Shown: positions 54,163-64,000 of the stretch, piece by piece
Position numbering within the stretch: position 1 is the first letter of the stretch
Layout of the letters: each line of letters opens with the position of its first letter
NCBI GenBank assembly: GCA_010015805.1
Contig: ML978123.1
Location: 3,038,001-3,102,000 of the forward strand
DNA: 64,000 nucleotides
Direction: 5' to 3'
Origin: Rhizodiscina lignyota
Lineage: Eukaryota
Program-made: the position numbers and the translations under genes
Notes under the pieces: generated by a model
The model's input: only the letters and a program-made list of their open reading frames with translations
The model's database searches: none
Told to the model about the DNA's origin: nothing

Positions 54163-54843
54163 TTAGCAGACGTACGATGTCGCCAGGAGAGAAGCTTTCT
54201 CATCGGACACGTGCGATGCCCGTGTCGTAGTCAAACCGCGCAAAGTACCAGATAGATGATCCATTTGAGACACTTCCGAGTGTATAAAAGTTCTTTCAAT
54301 GGGCAAGCCGATAAAATGACACATATCGGGGTTGCCTGATTGCGCGATATATTCGAGCGTGTAGGTGACCGAGTGGGGCAACCAGTATGACTCCCAAAAA
54401 GCCTCACTTCCACTTTTGTAGTTAAGACTTCCAAAATAACTGTGACTCCTAATAGCTGTTAGCTTTTCCAATGGATTCTCAGGTATTGCTGGGTGCGGCC
54501 TCACAAGCAGAGCTATTAACCTATTCAGCGTTTGCGCCTCGTCGGAGACGATAGGTGCGGGAAACCAAAGCCCCTCAGAGTCAGCTTGAATCTGTTTCAC
54601 TTCCTCTACGCGCCGCTTTAGCACGTGTATCATCTCCCATCGAATTTGCTTCTTCACGTAGAGAAGAGGGGTAAAAAGTCGCTTGTGGATTTGCTTCGCC
54701 CCATCGTGACCGCTAGCTTTTCGTTTTGGATAAAGCCATGTCTGGCCCTCGCTATGCGTTCGGAAGCGCAGAACATGGCCGAAGATCTCTTGTCGGAGCT
54801 CCAAGGGGAGATCCATGAGATTTGGAGAGGATCGGCTCGTCAT
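54163..54843 (-). CDS. Protein with N-terminal F-box-like motif (C-terminus uncertain)
   Basis: NLMDLPLELRQEIFGHVL, later LLYVKKQIRWEM. Confidence 0.6.
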   Translation of the reverse strand: MTSRSSPNLMDLPLELRQEIFGHVLRFRTHSEGQTWLYPKRKASGHDGAKQIHKRLFTPLLYVKKQIRWEMIHVLKRRVEEVKQIQADSEGLWFPAPIVSDEAQTLNRLIALLVRPHPAIPENPLEKLTAIRSHSYFGSLNYKSGSEAFWESYWLPHSVTYTLEYIAQSGNPDMCHFIGLPIERTFIHSEVSQMDHLSGTLRGLTTTRASHVSDEKASLLATSYVC

Positions 54844-55574
54844 TCGGATGTGATGCACAGGTTTGTTTAAGATGAGCGTGATAAGTGTGATGATCAACTA
54901 GATCGCTGAGCATCTCAAGCCTTATAATACCAATATGCTCTATATCCACGTAGCGTAACTACATGGATAAGATGCGAAAGATATCACGCCTCAATACGAG
55001 AGTTAAATTTAGAAAGGCGGTGGAGGCAGCTGTCTACCTCCGCTGGTACGTCCGGTCAAGCATTTGTGGCGCAGGCGCCAAAGCCACGGGGTAAGCCACA
55101 GGACGTTGGATCTTACAGCGGCCGCCTGTTGCCTACCTCGTACAAATTCAACGTAATAAGAAGGAATAGAAGATGGGGATAGAGTGTATATTTAAATATG
55201 AATATTTAATTGGGGAAAAAAAGCCATGTGCTGACAGCGGAAAAGCAGTTAAGAAATTGTTGGTGATGGCTCGTCCCACAGTTTTCGCCAAGTCCAATTT
55301 CCCTTATCCGTATCGTATCAAGGCCAGGAGAGCAGAATTTCTAACATTTAAACTGCGCAGAACTTCAGAAGCGATATCTGTTAGTGTTGTTCCTAACAGG
55401 CCTGTCGAATTCGGAATTCCATACGAGCTAGCTGGCATAAAGAGTGCCCAAGTGGAACTCGTGATCTTACAACGGTGGCGTTTCGGAGAAAAACATAAGA
55501 CATGACTTGAAATACACACTACATAGTAGCAGGGATGGGGAAGAATTCCCATTTGCAGTATGCAATCAATTCTG

Positions 55575-57220
55575 TCATGCTTTGGCTCCTAATTTTCTCC
55601 TCCAAACCTTCACCGGCATCTCGCCCAAGATGTGATTCATGGTCTCCAACCTCTTTAACTCGAAGCCCTTCGCCAAGGTAAAGTCGAATCTATGAAGCAA
55701 GCTGGAGATACATACCGTCTGCTCTAAATAGCTAATGTTGCGCCCGATACAGCCCCTAGCGCCGGTGGAGAAAGCAATGAAGCTTGATTGTAGTTTCTTG
55801 CCTTCTTCTCCTAGCCATCGTTCCGGGATGAACTTGTCCGGTTGGTCGAAAGCCTCCGGATCGCGGTGAGCTACGAGTGCTGAGATCGAGACGGTGGTGT
55901 TTCCTGGGATCCATTCTCCCATGATATGCATGCCACCAGGTGGTGTCTTCCGGGGCAGGCCATGTGGAGTTGGCGGCCAGAGGCGCAAGCTTTCATCCAA
56001 GCACGCCTTCAGGTAAGGCTGCGTTCTCATCTTTTCGTAGCTCGCAACCACCTCATTCGGTTCCATAACTTGGTCGATCTCTGCCTGTAACTTCTCCAGG
56101 ACATCTCGATGTCTGAGCAATTGGTACAGCACGTTCGTGATCGCGATAGCTGTTGTGACCGATCCGGCGTTCAGCATAATGTTGACCTCCGCCCTGACCT
56201 CTCCGAAAGGCAGGTTGTTGGGCACTGCGGACTTGCTCTCCATGAGAGCGGTGAAGAAGTCATCAAGTCCTTCTTCGTTGCTGTCATACCTTGCTTTTCG
56301 GAGCATAACGCGACGTAGGACAATGGCATCCCAGCCCCTACTACTCTCGGACATGCGACGATAGAAGGGGATGACGTTGGAGATCTTGTCGAGGGTTGGA
56401 TACCAGCTGTACGCCCAGAGGAGTAAACTCTGTTTCCGGGCGGTTGGATACAAGCATTGACGAAGAGGGAGGTCGACTAGTTTTCCGGTGGCAAGCTGAC
56501 CTTGCACCATATCGTGACCTCGGTCGAGAAGCCCGAGTCGCTCAGAAAGTCCAATGTCTGCAATGGCATCGAGCGAGAAGAAATTAACCCATTGGCGGAG
56601 GTCGACGTTGAGGTCTTCCGGTGCTGGGTCATTGATCTCCTCGCCTGCAGGGGGCATCGTGCAGCAGGAGTCAATGTGAGCAATCAGGCGTTGGACTTTG
56701 TCTGCAACTTTGTGCTCCCAGGCTACGAGGTGCTTAATTGCATAAGCCATCGAGAGGACCTTGCGTTTACGGGCGTGCTCATTCTTATCGACGACATCCG
56801 CAAGATGGTGGTGTGGGCCACGGGTAATCTCGTATGATTCATCCTTCAGACAAAGGGTTGAGTGACCGTAAATGTCTTTTATAGCGCGAACACTGCCGAA
56901 GGACAATGCGTTTGGGCCAGTTCGTAAGATGGGCTTCTCATGGTGGAGTTCGGACAGGTACTGTGAGCGAGCGCCTCTGTGGGCCAGTATCATGAACGGA
57001 AGGGCAGAGATGCCAGAGAGCAAAGAGAAGTTGGGGAATTTCCGCAAGCCTAGTGCTCCACAGTCAATCTTTTAGCTAACAGAAGGCTGGTGAGGGGATG
57101 CGAACCTTTCGTGTCCTTGATGTACACTATAATAGGAAGTAAGATAAAATAGCAAAGGAAGAAAATAGAAAGGGCTACGGCATAGGTGCCTATTGAGACA
57201 TGTCGGGCGAGGGCGTCCAT
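55575..57220 (-). CDS. Cytochrome P450, benzoate 4-monooxygenase-like; intron 57050-57105
   Basis: N-terminal TM anchor, KGLRKFP, I-helix NAGSVTT, ESLR, PERW, heme motif FSTGARGCIG. Confidence 0.93.
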
Positions 57221-59255
57221 CTTTACTGGACAACCTGGGGCAGAACTTGATCGGAACGAAAGGAGAAGAAGATTGAAGGGAAGACTGTTTAATACTGAAC
57301 GCGCTCAAAGCCGGAAGACTGCCTTATCAAGCCTGACGACGGCGGCGTATAAGTAGACTTCATGATTGCGATAGTCGAAATGGTGTCCGAAGACATCTTG
57401 GGCCATGAAAACGGCGTGATTGGGCATGGTAGAAAAATGTGAATAGAGACTGTTGGTTTGCTGGCCTGGCTTTCCGATTTTGGCAGAAAGGGTATCTTTG
57501 AGAGAACAAGTCACACTTAGGAAAGCGAGCTGAGGTGCCTGTCCCACTTCAATTCCGACACGCGCAGCGTGACATGTGTTGTTCTCCATGGGGCATCCCG
57601 ATTTGGGCCGTTTTGCCCGCGGGGAGATACCCCTGTCTTGAGGCTGCATTCCGCCCTCGCGCGACAAGGGTCTCTCCGCGCGGAGCACCTGGGAGCAGCA
57701 ACCTCACCTCAACCAAGTCCAATATGCAGAGTAGCTGCAAGTGAGGCTCGCAGAACGCAGCATCTTGCCGGCGGTAGCCTCAAAGCGATAGTTATTGCCT
57801 CGCACGGGTCCATCAATACGTAGAGTATTCGAAGGCTCAAACAGATCCGTACAGCCGACGAGACTCTCGAAAATCTCGACTGAAAGACAATCTCTGCCCT
57901 TTAGATTTACATTGTTGCTTGTGCTGTTGGTCCCCATTCTGGATATATATCCCGTCCTTATATCGAAGTTGGCTTGTCCGATTGGCGAGTTGTACTGTGT
58001 GCCATTCGAGTTGGACATTCTGGCATGGAAGTTGGCCGTTGGCTGCGAGCCAGAAGATGAGGGGCGGGTTGGTGATGGTCCAGAACTGTGTCGACCAGGA
58101 GTGGTCATTTCAACCTCTCATAACTGAAGCAAGATGTTTCAGTCTTCATATTCCAGGTGTCTTTGCAAAACCATCTCCCAACGAATATCTGTATCCACAC
58201 ACAACCTGTTGTATGAATTGACCGAAACGTCTCGAGATCAGCGTGAACTTACGAACTAAGAAGAGGTAGATAGCTTCAACAGAATCGAAGCAAAAATTGT
58301 ATAATCGACGAGGTATTCTAGCTCAAAAAAATATAAAAAGAATTATCAGATTTGAAAAATAAAAGTGCAAAACCTTACCACCAGCGCGAGTCGAACTCGC
58401 GGTGGCAGTAAGGGAAAACCAGGCGGACTGATTTATTATTGGCTGATCAAGTGTTAGTACTGTATCTTTTCGGGGTGGCGCACCTTTATTTTCCACTCTC
58501 AGTTCTCGCTACCGTTGCGCCATAGCAGGTCATCGAACGCCTTTGATGAGGACATTTTAACTTTGAATATATAGTTAAGAATATAAGAGCGTACATAGAA
58601 TCCAGGCCTACACCACACCGCAGCGTGGTCCCTCGGAACTGCAGTTTTTCTTTTCTCCACAACAGCCACAGGTCTTCCTCTTGCAAACATTTTCTTCCTG
58701 GTCTCCGCGCCCATGGACATTTGACACTGACATATTTTCCACATCTTTGATTCCAAGAGAGACATTCATTCCAGCTTTTTAATTTCGGCTGCGTGTAGTT
58801 ATACGGCCTCCAGGCATGTTTTCCCTTGAGCAGGGCACCGACCCTTTCCGGTCAACCAATATCGGCTGCAAACGAGACAGAGTAGAACACTGATCTTTAA
58901 TAGATAGGTTCTCTTGCCATTGCCAATTAACGGATTATCGCAGTTGTCTCTTTCCTTGCGACACGCTGGGACTACCGTCTACGGAGAGCAATACCAGCGC
59001 CCGCCGATGCATCAGCCGGATATATACAACGGAATTGGATGGTCGGACAACCCCAAAGGAGTGTGCGACGCTTGGCTCGGATGTCATTAAATCTGCACAT
59101 CTCCAGGCTGCCGCTGTGGTACATCAGTTGCAGCGAGAGACGGCTCACTGAGCTGCTGCGCGTTCCATTAGAATCGCGTGTCGATAAGCCGAATACATCT
59201 CTCGATTTCGCATCTACTGCCTATGACAGGCATATATCTGCAGTCGTCGGTGTCG

Positions 59256-61255
59256 TTATCGTACCTCTTCATATGCTTCAGCAACAGTCTGCTGTATCGT
59301 CTGAGCAAATTTCGAGCAACATGCCAGGTCCTTCAAGGCTAACAACAGTGTGGACAGGACTGTTCCGAAATAATCGCGGCTTATACTACCTTCGGTAAAG
59401 TCTGCTGAAACGCAGTTGAACGCAAGCTGGATCGCGGCGACAGTGTGGTGCGGATATGGATCCCAGGCGACGAAGGATTTGACCGACGAGAGCGTGGAGC
59501 TCATCGACGTATCGTCGGCGCTGTATGGAGAAAAGGTATTTTTCAGGCCAAGAGTGAGTACATCACTGATGCACTGTACTGCTTCCATCCTTGATATTGA
59601 CAGGCGATCGAGTAACTCAGTTCGACCCACCGCTTGTATGGCATCGGCAAGAATAAGGACACCAAGATAGTAATGAAGCAGGACGACATCTGGAAGAGGC
59701 AGTAGTGAGCAAAATGATACCTAAGTTAAGGGAGTCAAAAGAGTAATGATGAGACCCACTCACACCACACCAATCTAGTTGAACGACTTAGTAGGTAGAG
59801 CTTCTTCTCACAGACATCCAGTATCGGCTGGTACACGGTCTGGAAGTGCGCAATAGCGTCACTGGCACCGACAAATGCGTGCGTCACTTTAGTCTCGTCA
59901 TGGCCATCCCGCAAAGCTTCTTTGAAGAGCGCTATTCTTTTGAACGTATAAAGCTTCCAGCGAGATGTCACTCCGATGACCTTCATTGCAGTATCATCTG
60001 TCACTACAAATCCATTGCGCAGCCACGACTCAGTTTCGACTTGGAAGAGTAGACTGCGCTTCCGGATTAGCTCGAATGTAGCCTCGAATTCGAATCCCAG
60101 GAGTCCAGAACACAAAACGGATTGCCGGTCAAGAGTGAGTGATGATGCTGTATCCATAATGAGTCCAACTAGATACGCGCCAGCCTCGGCGTCGAGTAAA
60201 GCCTTGTCAGCAACCATGTCAGCCGTCACATGGTTAAAGCTTGATCTTGGACTAGCTGGTTCACTGGAAAGTGAGAATTGCAATGTCCGTGGTCGTGCTC
60301 GCAATGCCTGCAATTTCTGAAGTGCGAGTTGAAGGCAAGTATATCCAGATAGGCCGTTCATCTCTTCACTCTTAGAGATACCGCAGGGCAGGGGCGTCAG
60401 GCCAAATATAAGCATAGTGAGAACTGCGCGGTACGAGCTCTGGTTGATGAGTTTAAGCATGTCTTGTCGCGCTTTTCGCCAGAAATGCTCAGCTAGCTCC
60501 TCGAATTGCTCATCAGGGCATTCTTTACCACGAGAAGGGTACAGCAATGGTAGCCATCGTGCGGAAAAAGCATAGATGGCATTCAGGAGGGGAGCATAGA
60601 CAACTGACTCCTGGTCCGCAGGGTTCGTCGACGTTGGCATTGCGATCCTGGAATCACTCTCCGAACGCTCTTCATCACCGATCAACTCATCTAGGCATGT
60701 ATACAACTGCCAAAGGCTGACCGCCTGCGAACTCTTAGCCGTAGCCTCTCCAAGGCTGGTCCTTTGAGGAGAAATCCAGGGATACTCAAGATTTCTCCTC
60801 CGGGCACAGTCGATCACTGTATCCGCAACGAGGGTGCCTAGAAACTTTTCAAAGACTCCCGTATAGATGGCGAAAAGTTGTTTTTGAATGGATTCGATAT
60901 CCAGTAAGGAGCCCACGTTGGGGTTTGCAGCTCTTTTGGCTGTGAGCGTGTCTCGACTGTCCAATGGCTTCCAGGCATGGCTCGTCTTCATCCATTCATC
61001 GGACGCTGTCGGATTCGAGGCTGCAAGCCCTGTGACTCCCAGAATCCACTGGAGATCTCAGTTTCGGGCAAGAGAGACGATTTTTCACAAGGTCAGACTG
61101 ACATTGAAGGTACATGGTCGGTTCCGGCCCGAGCACCTCGAGCACGATCCCAATCTTGAGGCTGACGCATCGCATCGGAGCCGAGATGTGCGACATCCAT
61201 CGCAGCTAGAGAACTGCTTTCTGCGCCGAGGCGAAGTCGCTTGCATCTCTATCAT
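59256..61255 (-). CDS. Zn(II)2Cys6 transcription factor, AlcR-like family; introns 61049-61102 and 59690-59763
   Basis: RRRKQFSSCDGCRTSRLRCDA..CSRCSGRNRPCTFN|W, SYRAVLTMLIFGLTP, W|YVVLLHYYLG. Confidence 0.85.
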
Positions 61256-61689
61256 CGGTTTGGAGCTTCCTAAGAGCAGAAATCCATCGCGGAGGCTGCC
61301 CTGTAGAAAATGATGGGACGGTTGACGTGCGGGGTGGTGCGGACGCGATCCCCGGAAAATTGAAAGATGATACCGTAATGGGAATAGTCTCATTTCCTTG
61401 TCTCAGGGGCTCGGCCTCCGCAATAAGGCGAACATTTCTCGGCCATAAAGATCGCTTCGGAACCGACGTTTTACTTGCGCCGGTTGGTCGCGGACAGCAG
61501 CAATATCTTCCAACTCTTGGGTCTGACCCGTTCTCATCTTCAAGAGAATGAGCGTTGCGGAGATCATCCTCCTGATGGCATATAAAAACGCCGGGCGAGA
61601 TCGAACGGAATAGGTATGCATTCCTAAAGTTCTTTGTTCTGAATCACAAAAGCAGACATAATTCGATAGAGGGTTTATTTTTTGTGAAG

Positions 61690-63573
61690 ATGTCTATCAA
61701 GCTCCGCGATGCAAAGACAATAGACGAAACCTCTTTTGCTTACATTATCGAGCAGGACGTTGCGATCCCCCTCAAGAGCGGCGATATAATCCGCTGCAAT
61801 GTATACCGTCCGAAATCATCGTCCATTTCGCAGCGATATCCTGTACTTGTGACGTACGGCCCGTACGGAAAAGACGTCCGTTATGCAGAGTAAGCAGCCT
61901 GAAGGACAAGCTCGCAGAATTATTTACTGACATCGGCAGTTTTCACCCGAAGAGTTTCTCAGAAGTCGACAAAGAACACCACACAGAGCATTCAGCATGG
62001 GAGACTCCAACTCCGAGCTACTGGACTTCTCACGGATATGCTATTGTTCGCGCCGATGAAATTGGAACAGGACAGTCACCAGGGCTCTTGGATACTCTTT
62101 CTGCAGCAACCATCGATTCCTTTCACGAGCTTATTGAATGGGCTTCTGAGCAGTCCTGGTCTACGGGGAAAATTGGGCTTTTAGGCATCAGCTACTATGC
62201 CGGCACTCAATGGCACGTAGCTGCACGGCACCCCAAAGGACTGGAAGCAATCGTCCCATGGGAAGGATTTACGAACCTTTATCCCTCTTTCCGTCATGGA
62301 GGAATCTTGAGCAATGAATTCTTAAAGTGGTGGTGGAATCGTCAATGCGCTTCAAACCAGTATGGCTTGCCGGGTAGAGCTGCGCGTCACTGGGGCCCAG
62401 ATACCATCGAAGGAGATCTGACGGAAGAAGAACTGAAGGGGAACAGAGTGGTGCTCATGGATGAGCTTCCACACGCTCGATTCCGAGACAGCAAATTCTA
62501 CACATCCACTAACTTCAATCTGGAAGACATCACGACACCAATGCTCAGCGTCGCGAACTGGGGCGGCATCTTGCTCCATCTTCGAGGTAACGTGGAAGGC
62601 TACATGCAAGCCAGCTCTGAGTTTAAGTATCTTCGCTTCATCGTTGGCCGACACGACTTGCCGTTTTACTATCCAGAGGAAGTTGAAGTCCAGCGCAGCT
62701 TCCTCGACGCATTTTTGAAAGGTGAAGATCGGGTGGGATGGTCCCGCAAAGGCGCAGTGCCAGCAGTCGACCTTGTCCTGCGAAAAGGAGACGTCGGATA
62801 CAACAACCCGGTTAATGAGAGGAAATTTCCACGTCGGCAAGAGAATGAATGGCCAATTGCGAGGACACAATATACGAAATTTTATCTCACTCCTTCTCAG
62901 GAGCTTCGGACGACACCTGTGGATCCGGCCACACCACGCAAGATTGGCTACAAAGCACTTGGTACCGCTGATTCGCAGCAGCTCATCTCCTTCAGTACCC
63001 CGCCGTTTGAAGTGGAGACTGAAATCACTGGTCACGTCGTTGCTCACCTGAATGTGTCCGTCACTCCAACCCCAGGTAGCCCCGCGCCTTCCGATATCGA
63101 TCTCTTCTTGAGCCTTAGACATATGTCGTCCTCCGGCAAAGAGGTCTTCTATACTGGAACCGGAGGGGAAGCTGTTCCAATTACGAAAGGGTTTCTTCGC
63201 GTCAGTTTGAGGAAAACAAATCCAGACCACCCGCAGCATCGTCCGTGGCTCCCTCATCGAGATTACTATTCGACTGATGTCCTCCCAGTCATTCCTAATG
63301 AAATTTATGCGGTGGATGTTGAGATCTGGCCAACAAACGCTGTGTTTGAGAAGGGCGAGCGGCTTGTGCTCAACGTCAGCTCTGGAGACACTGATGGCAC
63401 CGGATGGTTCCGCCATAGCGATCAGACCGATAGGTAGGTTTGAGCACAGCACTTCAAGAGTTGTGACAACTAATTCGAACAGACTGGAGAACACGTTTGG
63501 AGGCACAAACTTTATTCATTTTGGCCCAAGGTACTTGAACTACCTGACCGTACCCATCATTCCGCCAAAGTAG
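61690..63573 (+). CDS. CocE/NonD family (peptidase S15) alpha/beta hydrolase; introns 61890-61939 and 63434-63482
   Basis: TYGPYGKD, AWETP, WSTGKIGLLGISYYA (nucleophile Ser), LHLRGN, GRHDLPFY, EIWPT. Confidence 0.93.
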
Positions 63574-64000
63574 GTTGATTTAGCTGAAGGAAGTGCCAAA
63601 TATCAAATCTAACCATTGAAATCACCTATGCCAAGCAAAACAGAATTTTCCTCCCCAAGTGAAAATCATTTCCCGATCTCAACAATGCGCAAGAGGGCAG
63701 GTCGACTCCCTATTGCATTATCTCGACCTGACCGCGTCCCAAACAGCACAATGACTCGCAGCATTCACTCCAAAATCCTGCAAGAGTCTTCTCCCAAATA
63801 ACCAATCATCATCTCCTTATCTTCATTATATAGCCAGATAAGCCATTCGAGCGACGACCGTCCCCAGCCTCGAGCATATCGGCCATACAAGTTCAGTTCC
63901 GGTTTCGTTGGACCTGGCTCCTCTGACTCGGAAATCGACCGAACTTCTTTAGAAGCTGTAATATGAACCGATTAAAATGACATGGAAGATTTATTCATCC

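Noticed and set aside
58370..58530. Calling a functional tRNA gene
   Set aside because: The acceptor and T stems are imperfect, the variable region is too long and no clear anticodon loop is present.
62352..63506. Long antisense ORFs (also 51872-52642, 1032-1718, 2178-2798)
   Set aside because: Shadow frames of well-supported, codon-biased genes on the opposite strand.

Overview
A 64-kb window of a filamentous ascomycete genome, with short GT-AG introns and CTRAY branch sites (Dothideomycete-like, not provable here). About 26 protein genes can be modelled once introns are spliced. Conserved housekeeping genes (nma111, ist1, a CorA-like channel) are mixed with accessory content. The most striking unit is a head-to-head pair about 280 bp apart: a RING-SNF2 helicase and a STAND/NACHT NLR-like protein whose C-terminus carries a Crz1-like C2H2 zinc-finger block. 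Other notable content: an intact, divergent second Nma111/HtrA protease, three small secreted Cys-rich proteins, an intronless bacterial-looking aldehyde dehydrogenase beside an FMO, and a candidate aromatic-ester catabolic cluster at 48.5-63.6 kb (two Zn2Cys6 regulators, FAD monooxygenase, P450, CocE/NonD hydrolase) interrupted by two F-box-like genes. No rRNA, convincing tRNA, CRISPR array or intact transposon was seen. All family calls come from manual motif recognition, not database searches.
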